Origin: Phoronis australis
Lineage: Eukaryota > Animalia > Phoronida
Direction: 5' to 3'
Assembly: GCA_002633005.1 (NCBI GenBank)
Contig: NMRA01000358.1
Span: 373,213-437,212, forward strand
Length of the DNA: 64,000 nucleotides
Position numbers and translations under genes: made by a program
Shown: in pieces, positions 1-12,831 of the stretch
How the letters are laid out: every line of letters begins with the position of its first letter
Position numbering within the stretch: position 1 is the stretch's first letter
The notes under the pieces: model-generated
What the model was told of the DNA's origin: nothing
What the model saw: only the letters and a program-made list of their open reading frames with translations
The model's database searches: none

Positions 1-3000
1 GGGATTACATCCACTAAATTTCGCATGGGAATGGGACTGATTGAATTATGGTCTTAGCAATCAAATGAGCACTGGTTCCTGTTGAGTAAACACAAAGCGC
101 TTTGAAGATTTTGAATTGAAGGAAAATGACCTGTTTCTTAGTTTCTACTACATTGTATGTTTGTTCTAATCGACAAACTCCACGTGCAGGAGGATTGACA
201 ATCTGTCGCAGAAATTTCAAATAGGTGCAAAGTGCGGGACCCATATCTCTGGTAAAAAAGTCGAGATGCAAGGCCAATTTGGAAATAGGCTTCTGTGTCC
301 CGCCAACCCTACTGCCTAACGTGCTCAGTTGTACTCATACACGCCATTATACAATGGCTTATGATACTCGTGATACATTATACATTACACGTGGATTGAC
401 AAAAAGCCATGCCGATGACCACTGATGCGGAGGTACACAAACACCGAACAGGATTATTTGCAGCTCTGCCACAGACGCAATTTAGGCACGAATTTGCTTG
501 TTTTGTGAAGATGTCTAAATCCCGACACCTCCAACAGTACACTTACTCTTACTTAGTGTGTACAGGAAATAAAGCACTACATTCCACAATAAGATAAGCT
601 TCAAAGCAAATTAAAATGAGTGCAATGACACATTTTAAAGAGGTCCGTCGAAGGTCTTTTGATTTAAACCACTTACCACTATCAAATTGATCTCAATTTG
701 TTCTTGTATTGCACTAACGGTTGATAGTTGCTCTAGACCACGTGGGGGGAATAAATTGACATGCCGTGACAGCACCCCCTGTGGAGCCTTGTCTCAAGAA
801 ACAACTAACCAGATACCATCATTCTCTTGACTAAGAAGAGATGTAAAACCCATACCTTAACCGGTGAGTGGTCTAAATCAAATTGCATTTTTGTGAACGA
901 ATCTTTGTGAAAATTGAAAGTTTAAGTCAGCAAGCCGAATAATGTCCCAAGCATTTTTTTATGCAAATTAGTGCTGCCATTACTTAATTTTGCAACATCT
1001 CACTAATTCATTTTGAAAAAATAAATGTCTAAATCTATGTTTTGAGGGTCGAGCATAGTTACATACCATTTTCTAAGTAATCCCTGTTTCTGTAGGAAAT
1101 TTAACAACACTGTCTAACAATAATTTTTTCTTAGACAGAACACGTAAAAGGTTCAAAAGACAACAGAAAAATTAATGCACACGTTAACGTCATTCAATCG
1201 CGTTCACCTCATTTTGTGAAACTTTCGTCAGACGACTGGTCATCTTTCGCTTTCATCCACTTCACACACATCAGTAATCGTGAGATCAATCACTGACTTA
1301 AGTTGGATAGGGCAATATAAACACATTGGTCTTTAATCGCTAATCCATTATTTCCTTTGACGTAAGGTTTCGACTGCATTCACCAGTATGCCAACAGTTC
1401 ACCACCATGGCTGTTTAAGGCAATACGGTGATTTTCTCATCGAATGTATGGTTTTTGTGCAAACAGGTATGGGGAGAGTACAACAAAATCAATTCTAGAC
1501 TTGTGAGCGAGGTCCTCCCCTACCATAATGCAGAACATCTGGGCACCATAATGACTGATCATAAAGGTGAACTCCTCCACCTTTCCGTAGTTGAGGGGTG
1601 GCGTCAGAACCGACACCAAGAAGCCTGAATGCACTGTGAAATGTGGGATCTATTCAAACTTTAACGAGGCCCCATTACAGTTTTACCTTTAAGTGCACTG
1701 GAGCAGGCTTCTCCAATGAATACATAAAAACCCAAGAAGCGTAGAGCGCCCGAGTTAATATGTCCCTTAGGACTTTGCCGGCTCAAACTATTTTGTCGTC
1801 GCAGTTGTCCACCAGATCCTTTATCTTGATGCACAACTGGCATTTTGGCCTATGAACCAGCTGATTCACGAAAATGTCAATTTTGTGTAAGGGGTTGTGC
1901 AAGTGCTTTTTAACTCAAATGTTGCAACTTTATTAGATACAAAACACAATTGAACATCTTGGTTGTTGTAGATTTCCGAGAGGGTGCGATTACAAATCTT
2001 TGAGAATAAGGAATGAGACTTCCAGAACATCAAAAATAAGTCACAATAGTGAATAGAGGAAACTTTTGCTCTAGGAAGGTTTATTGACAATTACCTCTCC
2101 ATAAATGTGGCAAGTCGGTGGCAAGTGCAAATGCAATGAGGATGGCCATTCTAGATTCCTCCTGTTTGGACTCCGTCTTCTCGCCACTCCGAACTTGCAG
2201 TAATCGGAAAGTCGGCATTTTCGTGATATAGTTTTTTGTAAAATCGATTGAAAAACGTTATAAAGTCGCGCAGTCTTCTTGCAGCTGCTCCTACCAAAAT
2301 AAGGTATGATGCCCTAGGCTGTGATAGAGTCTGGCTAGATACTGTAGGTCGATAACAAGAGGTGCTTCTTGGACGCCCTCTCATGGAGAACTTGTAAACC
2401 TAACACATTTTAGACATCTCTCGAATAATACTAATTTAAAAATGTTTAATGTTTCTAGCTTGAGTCTTATTAGTCAGAATACGCAAAACCATTAATCGAA
2501 ATTTCATTGCAAAGTCCTCATTTCACTGAAACAGGTTTTGAAATTTGGCTCTTGATGGGTCATTGCGTTGAAAATATAGGCTGTATTCAAGTGCATGTGT
2601 AAAGAGTGGACAACATTCCACATAAAAAAGATATGACACATCTGCAAGAAGTTTCCTTGGTGTATCAAATGATGTATAGATTTCTGGGGATCATCGCTTG
2701 TGCATTCCGTTGCCACCCAGCATAACGACTGTCGCCTAACATCCGCTGAAGAGCAGACGATGCGTTTAACCGTAAAATTCACAGTAAAACAAAGAAAATT
2801 GAATAATCCATCAACTAAGTTCAAGAGGGTGGATAGCTTGCATATTAGTGCTGGATATATAACTATTTTTTAACGTAAATTCAACATTTGCAAGCTTTTC
2901 TTGCGAGAACACGCATGCTACCTGTTGTCGTCTTGTCTTGTAAATCCCCTCCATTTGGTGCAACACCATCCTCAGACGTAGTACAGTCTGAGGGATGTGG

Positions 3001-5199
3001 CAGCATGTAGTTGTCGCTTTGGTGAGTTGAATGAAAACAGAGGAAAATAAAACCACCACGACGCCTATCAAAACACCACTACTACAGGCAGTTTTTTGAA
3101 TTCAACATTTTGATAATTCCATCATTGTGGAATTGCTTAAATCTTATGAAAAAAAGAATCAACTAACTTCACGAGAATTGTGGAACAAAAAACGCTGAGT
3201 CCACAGAAATGAAAGTGGGCTTGCAATTTAAAATCCGTTGGTATCTAGACATAACATATTTTTCGTATTGCATTTTGCGCAGGATTTTGAAGGGTCCTCC
3301 AAACTGAGTTACATGCTTGTGCTCTCAATCATTTGACGTGGTCAAACAAAAACAAAATTTAAGTAATACAAAACTTAATCATTTACATTAACTTTGGTCT
3401 GTGGTGAAATACTATGCACCACTGCAGAAAGTGGTGTATTCGTGTTTGTTCACATGTGTATTTTAAAGAGTCTTGACGTAACTAGTTTTTCTTTTTGGAG
3501 TTAGATCAACCTAAGGAATAATAACACGACTCCAATCTCAAAATTCGTAACACCTAATGTTGATTGATACATGCAGGCACTCCCAAATGTATAGATAAAA
3601 GAAGCAGCAGCAACGAAGCCAAGTTATCAAAAATAAACGGTCACTTGAATTTCTTTTGATGTCTGATATTACAAGATAATGTCTTGTTTTGTTAGTGTAT
3701 GGAGAGAACCGTGACTAGATATTGGTATGATAGTACTCGCTACTGTTGGCTTACGAAGTAAATGGCCAATCCTAAAGTTTGCGCAAATATGACCGACAGG
3801 TGCCTTCAAGTTATGAAATCAAATATTATATTGATTGAAAGGGACTATTTGGGACTGCTTTATTGTTTAAAAATATGGAAATCCATCTGGCGAGAGCTAA
3901 ATCGCTTGCGGTGATTGAAATAGGTTGTATATTGTTTGCTCGGGGGACAAACTACGTTACTATGGCAGAGGTATGGCGCTTTAATTCCGACCTTTCTAGA
4001 GAGTCAACATGACTAAAAAGGGTCTGTTTAGTATTTGATGAAAAACTCCTCCATTCGCTGTTTTGTACCCCTAACACGAGTGGCTACGAGGGATCTTCAT
4101 TCCCAACAGAGATATGATTTATTGAATTGAATTCCCTTGAAAAGGGAAATTCATTAAATATAATTTTAATTCAAAGACCCGTGGGCTGTTTTCGTTTTAT
4201 CAAAGAATGAAATTGAAGAAACAACTTTTGTAGAGTTCTGCTGAAGAATTTGACCCTTTGATAGAGTTCCTAACAGAAGATATGGAACCATTTGTAAAGG
4301 AACCCATTTGTAAACAATGTAACTGTGAAGAAACCCACCCATGTGAGCGACACATCACCTGCATTTCAACTCTCCGAACACTTCCATCACACAAGAATGT
4401 TCTCAAATATTTACAGGCATTTGTACACCCAGTTTCAACAGTTTAACATCAGTGCAGTCTATCATCTATTTGTAAAGTTGATTGCGTAATACTAAATAGA
4501 ATCTACCATGCCTCGGAACATAGAGTTACTGGCTGTAATAACCTATACTTGAAAGTTTTCCAATTAAAACACAATGATTGACCAGATGTCGTCGAGTTGA
4601 CGTGTGTTATGGACGGCCTTAAAACAGACCGATTTACATAGTAACTGAAGTCCAGTTCAGTGATTTGTGAATGATGTATTTCATGACGAATCCAGATAAA
4701 TCAACGGCAAAGTACATGAAACATCTGTTCGATAAACAGGCAGATTTTATTTAATATTACATATTCCGTAATATAACCGACGGTGATATACATAATTTCA
4801 CATTCAGCAACCTGTCGTGTGTTAAAACTTATCAGTTGAATGCAAAATGCCAATTTCTGACAATCATTTATTTGTGAAAAATGTGCATCAAAGGTTATTC
4901 ATGTACTAAAACATTCAAATCAGTCCTCGGTCAAAAAATTACAATGAAGTAAGAAATGAGCCAGATTTTCAATCTGATAATTACACAAAGCACACAGTTT
5001 TAATTTCAGAATCTACCAATCTAAATAATACAGACAAAACGTTTTTATGTTTCGTACACTTTTTGCATAGCTTTGATCTCACTGAACACATTTATTACCA
5101 GACATACATTTATAGGTATCTAATCTCTGTCCTATCAAACCATCAACAACATTTAACAGGTAAGTAAAATTTGCATCTACGCCGATATTTTTCAAAAAG

Positions 5200-6510
5200 T
5201 GCCTGTCACTATTATTGAATTGTGGAATAATGTACTAGAGTCCACTGCTATTGATAAGTGGATCTACTGTCAATATCACTAAACAGTAGATTTAATATAT
5301 AGCTGCATATGGTAACACAGTGATAAAAAGTGGATCTGATAAGCAGGAGACCTATGTTATTGGAGATTGCATGCACTGTACAGGGGCCCACTGTTATTGA
5401 AGTGTAGGCCCAGCGTATAGGGTTCTAGACTTACTGAAGAGTGGGTCTAGTGTATAGGGGTTAACTGCTTTCGAAGGGTGTACCCAGTGTGTAGGGTTCT
5501 ACTGTTATTGAAGAGCGGGCCCAGTGTATAGGGGTCTACTGTTGTTGAGGAGTGGACGTAGTGTATGGAGGTCTACTGTTGTTAAACAGTGGGCCCAGTG
5601 TAGAGAGGTCTACTGTTATTGAAGAATGGGCCCAAGGTGTAGGGCTCTACTGCTAATTGAAGAGTGGATCCAGTGTACAGGGTTCTACTATTGTTGAGGA
5701 GTGTACGCAGTGTATAGAGGTTTACTGCTTTTGAAGAGTGTACCCAGTGTGTTGAAGAGTGGACCAGGTGTCTACTGTTAATGATGAGTGGTCCCAGTGT
5801 ATAGGGATTTGCTGTAATTGAAGAGTGGTCCCAGTGTCAATGGGTCTACCCCTTTCGAAAAGGGGATTCAGTATACAGGGGTTTACAGTCATTGAAGAGT
5901 GGTCACAGTACATCAGCGTCTGCTTTTATTGAAGAGTAGACGCAGTGTATAGGGGTCCACTGTTGTTGAAGAGTAGAGTCAGTGTATGGGGGTCTACTGT
6001 TATTATAAGTGGGCCCAGTGTATAGGGGTCTCCTGGTATTGAAGAGTGTTCCAAGTGTATAGGGGTCCACTGGTCTCGAAGAGTAGACCTAGTGTATAGG
6101 GGTCTACTATTATTGAAGAGTAGACCCAGTGTATAGGGGTCTACTATAATTGAAGAGTGGACCCAGTGTATAGGGGTCTACTATAATTGAAGAGTGGACC
6201 GAGTGTATAGGGTTCTACTGTAATTGAAGAGTGGACCCAGTGTATAGGGTTCTACTGTAATTGAAGAGTGGACCCAGTGTATAGGGATGTACTGTTATTG
6301 AAGAGTGGTCCTAGTGTATAGGGATCCACTGGTGTACATATTTAAGGGTCTGCTTTGTTGAAGAGTGGACCCAGTGTATGTTGGTCTACAGTTTTCGATG
6401 AGTGGACAGTGTACAGGGGTGTACTGCTATTGAAGAGTTGGCACAGACTGGGTGTAGGTATCTGCTGCTATTAAAGAGTTGACCTAGTTTATATGGTCTA
6501 CTGTTATTGA
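5200..6510. repeat. 37-bp minisatellite (consensus ~GAGTGGACCCAGTGTATAGGGGTCTACTGTTATTGAA), ~30+ units, degenerate at both ends
   Basis: Period read directly: ACCCAG at 6124 and 6161. The most homogeneous units lie at ~6050-6310. Confidence 0.95.
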
Positions 6511-8067
6511 CATCGCCAAAAATTTGTAACATGACTACTGTGCATACATTAAATCTTGTCACCAAACGTACATAGGAAATACACGGGAACGAACTTACTA
6601 TTGGCAATATAAAAATCAAAGGAGATAACTACGCAATTTGCTGATTCCCTGTTGCAGGGATTGTATCTTAAAATCTGTTGTTGCCAAATAGCAGCGTTAT
6701 TGGTGAAAAATTTCCACGACCCTTGAGGTTTGAAGTTTGCCACGTTCTGACCTCAGTAAACGATCATCTGGAAGCCAATATTATTATTATTATTAATGTA
6801 ATATTTACAATGAGGGTAGCCCCATTAGTTCACACTGCTTTCCATAGGGGCTCTCAGCACACAGTTCATTTTTTTAAGTCACGCTTGGGGTGATCTTCTG
6901 GCGCGGACCCCTATATTAATATAAGAGCCCCCAATTCTGAGGCGCTAAAATGAATTTTTGCTCGTGACATTTTTAATAAGAAAAACTCATTTAAAGTAAT
7001 AAGCTGTTTTAAAATCTTGGCAAGTTATGCGCTGTTTGTTTTCACGTCCAGTTGATCTCGCAGAACCTTACACCTTTCGATATGCGATTCATTGACCACA
7101 CTGGCACCTTACAAAGTTTTTTCACCCATCTTTTTGTTGCCAACTCACTCAGCCACAATGGAGGACAGGGCACCTGGACGTCCATGACCGCGCGGGGTTC
7201 GGTCCTTCCCGCGCACAAAACTCTCATTTGGCCCTCTTTTTTCCATTCTCACGGACGCAAATTCCCTTTTTTCCGCACCACTCTTTGCCGCAAATGTATT
7301 TCATTGCACTTAGTTCCATTCTCTCGGGACACTTCACATTATCCTATAGAAAATATGTGCACTCAAATCAAGTGTGAATTGTAAACAGATTGCCATCAAC
7401 TTTAGATTATTCCTTTTAAAGAGAATCACTTAACAGCTACCGCCTTTAATCTATAAAATGAAAACAAACAATCGTACATTGAACATGTTTGTTAAACATA
7501 CAGTGAAAATGCTATTGAAGACAGTTTGCGCTCATCAATACAAGTCTGTTGTCCTAGTATAACGCGATTCCAAGAACGCGAGTATCGATAACTTTTTCTA
7601 TGTTTTTGGAACTGGATTATGTTTACAGTATGCTGTGAAATAGACGATTAACTTTTATTTGATTATGCGATTCACCCATTGAAAAAAGAAACAGTAACTA
7701 TTTTCTCTGTGGGCATGGAACTAATCATGTCCGTTGGTCTTTGCGCGTGGCTCGTGCCAAGTATTGTGTCAGTGAGATGCGAAGAATGGTGCGTGAGGGT
7801 GACTATACATCTGTGAAAAGGAAATATATGAGTTCACGGCATCGTCCACTCCCCATCTTGAAAATTCAATTAGGAAGAGCAGATAAACTTAATTCATGGG
7901 CGTTTTCCACTTAAGCTAATTGGACAGTGTACACTGTAAGATTTAGTAAAACAAATATTTTCCCGTAGATGTATCCTAGATTGTCAAAATGTTGTAGGTT
8001 TTTCATTTCGAGGCTGAGCATTGGAACATTCGTTTTTTTCTTTCTGAGCACTGCGAACTCTCAGCTT

Positions 8068-8123
8068 NNNNNNNNNNNNNNNNNNNNNNNNNNNNNNNNN
8101 NNNNNNNNNNNNNNNNNNNNNNN
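8068..8123. other. assembly gap (N run)
   Basis: Run of N. Confidence 1.
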
Positions 8124-10866
8124 CGCTGTCTCCGGCCAAATTTTCAAAACAAAAAAGCGTCACCAAACACGGCCACACAGTTCTGTAGAGAGGCAAAAGC
8201 TTTTATTTAACATTGATTCAGTCGTACTCACAGACAAAGTTGTACGCAGGCAGTAAAACTGACCTTGGATGATTATTGAACAACAACCTGACAACATGTT
8301 TTCTCAGTCACTCACTCACCTGGTCCACTGTATTATTTTCAACTTTTTTTGAGAACAGAACAACCATAGGGGTCCGTCGCCCGTACAAACCTGGCAATTG
8401 ACAGTTGTAAACTATTATGCCCTTAATACCATAAGTTGAACACAAATGAATTATTTTTATTTAAACAGTGAAATAAGGAAGACTAAAAAGATTGCACACA
8501 TTTACAAGACAAATACACATGAACAATTTTTTTGCTTCTTACTCCCAAAAACCGCACATATCAGTGCAAAAGGTCTGCTCCCGTTAATACTGAAGAATCT
8601 ATGTGTAAAACAATCTGAAACCACATTAAGTTTGAATCATTTGTAAAGTTAACACAGCTGTGGCTTTCGCCCCACTCTTCAGTTAAAGAAGTATTTAAAA
8701 CTGTCACCCATTTTGTTTCAAATTTTGTTTTTTGGATAACTGTTTAACCAAAAACTGATCAACAAATTTCCCTGACCTCGGCGAAAGTAAGATACATAAA
8801 AGTAATTACGGGATATTTGACTTCAAGTTTTTTTTTACTTTTTCTCACTTTAAGATATTCACGTAATGTTTTTCTCAAGCTGCACAATTCGGTGAAAGTG
8901 GAGAGAAGTCACGAGCTCTGCAGAATTACTCATACGTCACCGGATTTCCTCTACGAATTTTTTCTATTTATTTATAAAATAGTCGCCAAAGACCACTTCG
9001 GGTAAGTGGGCTCCAATAAGTTATAACTAATTGATGGAGTATCAATAGTCCATCAGCGTTCATTCTGGCCTCTCATACCTAAGATACCGCATTTGAGTCC
9101 CTGTTTCTACTCTTTAATCTTTCAAAATATTCTCTAAACGCGATCAATATGCATTTAAAACTCAAAAATCCCCAGTGACTAGCTTAAAGCACACTTAATG
9201 CATTACAGTAGGACAGGCTAAACTAATCTACTCGAATACAAACATGTGTTGAACATTCTCTTCAGATGGACACGTTTAGTTCGTCTGTGTGCTTTCAGGT
9301 GTCAATGTTTGTTGTTGTGGAGAGAAAACTTCTCATGGCTGAGTAGATAGAATACGGACAGGGCATGCTCTACATATTTTAATGGACGATTATAAGAACT
9401 TTAGCCAGCTCAAGAAGTCGAATCGCAACACAGCCGTTTTATGCAGCAATCGGCGAGTAAAGATGTAGAACTCTATTTTGTCTGATAGAATTCAAGAGGG
9501 AGGTTGAGAAACATGCAACTTCCAACAGTAAAATTATGTGGAAACGACTCAGCTATCTTTAAAATATTTAATCTAAACTAAGCCACGTGTTCTTGTTGGG
9601 CAGGGCAGCCACGGAACACCACCAAACTAACTTTACTCTTAAATTAAACCTCCCTTTAACGAATATTTATCTTAGGCTCAAGAAGGTAAAGTTGGTTATG
9701 GTTTTTACCTCGACTCACTTTCAGACCGGCTTGCGCTCACCTCCTAAATAACAAACGTGCGACCGCATCAATTTCTGCCAAGGCCTCGGGTTGAAATCCT
9801 ACACAAAGGCACACAAAGAAGGTTTGAAACGTATGACTTCCCAAACCCCTTATCTTTTTTATCGTTTCCACCGATCTGATTTCAAAAAGGAGACCAGGGC
9901 AGAACCAACTATGTTTTTTGGCCTTTCATGTGCACGAAAATATGACTACATTGTGTTACCCAACCTTATACACGCAGATATACATGCATGTATCGGGTTA
10001 CCCCGGTAGTCTCAGCAATACTAAGTAACATACATGTAAGAAAACGTGATTTAAACACTCAAACAAACAAGCAGTCCGTCAAATGAGACGTGAAATCGTC
10101 ATACTGCTTCACAACATGAGCGAAGGTGGTATTGAACAGGGGTCTAAACAGAGAACCATGCCAGGATTCTGGCCGTGACGTGGACAAATTAAAATCAGAG
10201 AGCCCACAAGTCATGAAAAACATGTTTATTGTTCATGCCAGCGCCTAAGATATGGCACATCATTTTTTAAATATTTTTTATTTCATAAACGTCTTTTTGC
10301 AAGCGTCAGAGAAAAGCGTCACTCATTGCTCTCTGTTTCTGCAGTTTATGTGCACCTGTGTTTGCCAATCATAACATCGGTATCGACCTCTCTGTTCTCA
10401 TAGTCCGCACCGTCTTAAATTGGCGGAGAGGAAACGTAGCCACAAACAGGCAGCGGTTATCACTGACACATGTCTTTTCCCTAATCCCAAACACAGGCCG
10501 ACTATAAAAAAGCCCAGGTACTAAGCGCAAAATGTCGCAGTGTCTCGACATCTATGGTTTGGGATTGCACATTGACAAGCCATGGTAACTTGCGCCCATG
10601 TGTGCAAACCCTTGAAGAACAAATGATCGACGTGTATCGAGGGACAAATGTGTGTCTGTATACAAGCAATGTTGTGAGCTATTGCAAGGAATGTTTACCT
10701 TGAATGAAGGACGTGTTATAAGCGTCATAGCCCTTGAAAAAATGTATCATAGTAGCAATAATACAAAACATAATGAACAGTTTGAGGAATAAACACAATA
10801 CATTTCTTAGATAAATAAATCTCTTTGAATAATTCCAAACATGTCTGCACGTGTTTGAATCTTCAG

Positions 10867-11015
10867 GGTTGGGTTGCATAAAACTTCAAGATTATCGGCT
10901 GGATAAGTTTGATTGCTGCGTGACGTCAGGTGCATTGTTCAACAATAACAACGTGGCGTGAGATAATGCGACGTCATTGTTGCTATACGAGGTATAACTT
11001 TTATGCAACTGGGCC
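10867..11015. mobile_element. short degenerate MITE, PIF/Harbinger-like
   Basis: Inverted ends GG(TTGG)GTTGCATAAAA / TTTTATGCAACTGGGCC, flanked by CAG on both sides. Confidence 0.5.
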
Positions 11016-11521
11016 CAGAAGTACAAATGGTATTTAGTTAAATAAAATGTCGATTATCCTTTCTGTATCATGTTTACCAAATATTACCACCAACAGTAGA
11101 AAATGCGCTATGTTGAACATGGGTGCATCTTATGTAACTGGAAAGTACTCAGTGTTTTTGAACTATAAATACGGAGATAAACCCACCTAGAACATAACCT
11201 TTGGTCCAGAACACTTGCCGGCAAAACACCTCAGTCAACATAACCCTCACTCCACTCACTAAAGTGATTTTTGGTCTCGCAAAGAATTAACAATTTAATT
11301 GCTTCAGGCCACGCTAGGCGCATAGAATGAGTTGTACCGTATTCAGCGTCATTAGGCCCATGGGAACTGCATTTAAATGTGGAACGCGCATGCGCCGATA
11401 TGCTAACCACATAGATAAAAAGGCCGCTAAAAAGCACCATTTCAGATATAGGGTCATGGGCCTTAAGGCGTGGCAATACAAAACTATTTACCAGATTTCT
11501 TGAAAATAGACCAATGATCTC

Positions 11522-12831
11522 TGTCAGACGATTGTTTGTTTAAAAGGTAGCTATGCTTTGAGATTGTGCGTAAATGGAAAGTGAATATTCAAATCCAGTA
11601 ATTAATTTATTATATGCTAAGCCCTAATTAGACAAGTGAAACCTGTTGTTAATTAAGTAATCAACTACAAAGAAGAGTAACTACACTAGCGCCCTGTTTA
11701 AAGATTATCTCATTGAATCAACCAAAATAATCAAATATCTTATCTGCTTTCCAAGCTAGGACTCTCCGCTTGTTGGATGACTGTTCTGTTGGTGAATCTT
11801 CGAACTACACACACACTGCGACAGTGTACTTGCTGGTCACCGTCTCTGGTGATGCAACACTTGCAGGCAATTTCTTCTACCTGCGATTCTTCTTGCTGGT
11901 CACAGTCTCTGGCTGATGACGCAACACTTCAGGTACAAATGTAGTATCTTACTACCCACGATGCAAGTGACAAGCTCTTAGTTAACTTCCTGTTCGTTAA
12001 CCATTGCCCTTGCCAAGATCCTTTCTAGAATCTTCCACGAGATGGCTCTGTCGTACAATTTGCTCTGTACACTAGGGCCCGGTCTCCAATCTTTTTACTC
12101 GAAATGAAACTCGAAATTAGGTTTGGCATTTTCTAATCTATTTTTGTGCGAACTCAAAATAAGTGTCTATTATTCTATGCTCGAGTACACAATAACTTAC
12201 GTAGATAATTTATTGCCCTTAGTTCACAGTTTGTAAACCCAATATTAAAGCAATAAGTTCGAGTTTGAACTCGAAATTTCGAGTTTTTACTCGAGTTTGT
12301 AGCACGAGTATAAGGGTCTTCAAGGGCAAACTTGAACTAGAAACTCCTATGCATAAACTATAATGTATTCGAGCACAGTCTGATAACCAATTATCTTAAG
12401 TTCGCACAAAAGGAGCAGAGAAATAGCCAAAAATAGTTTCGAGTTCGTTTCGAGTACAAAGATTAGAGACCGGGCCCAGATGTAACAAGTTTCAGTTATG
12501 CTTCAACTATAACTATAGCGCATCTGAATATCTTGTTGACTTAAGCTCATATTATAATATTCTACTAATTTAGTGATTGGTTAATAAAAACCACACGATC
12601 ATGTCCAATCATATCATTGGCTGTTACAGTTTGTTCTCAGAATTTTCTAGAATCTCTAGAGTACTTTGACCCCAGAAACCAAAGTTATAAACACCATTTA
12701 AAATAGATTTTGACGTTAAAGTACATGTCAACAAGTCTAACCCCATGATTTAAAAGTACATATGCACAAATTTTGGGCTACTTAAAATGGATCTATTCTT
12801 ACTAATTACTTAATCAATATTTATTCTGACA
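11522..12831. mobile_element. candidate solo LTR interrupted by a MITE
   Basis: Termini TGTCAGA...TCTGACA. Flanks ATCTC/AACTC form a 5-bp TSD with one mismatch. Internal direct repeat CTTGCTGGTCAC(C/A)GTCTCTGG at ~11829 and ~11892. Confidence 0.4.
12075..12477. mobile_element. ~400-bp palindromic MITE, PIF/Harbinger-like
   Basis: Long TIRs GGGCCCGGTCTCCAATCTTTTTACTCGAAA / TTTCGAGTACAAAGATTAGAGACCGGGCCC. The imperfect inverted symmetry continues inward. Confidence 0.85.

Noticed and set aside
2151-2384. Minus-strand ORF with FITFFNRFYKKLY resembling an L1/Tx1 ORF2 linker
   Set aside because: A single short motif with no adjacent endonuclease or RT signatures.
5200-6510. CRISPR array (37-bp palindromic repeats)
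   Set aside because: Units are directly adjacent with no unique spacers, there are no cas genes, and the context is eukaryotic.
7715-7793. Signal-peptide-like ORF MELIMSVGLCAWLVPSIVSVRCEE as nAChR exon 1
   Set aside because: The nearby consensus-like GT donors are in phase 0 or 2, whereas the next exon needs phase 1.
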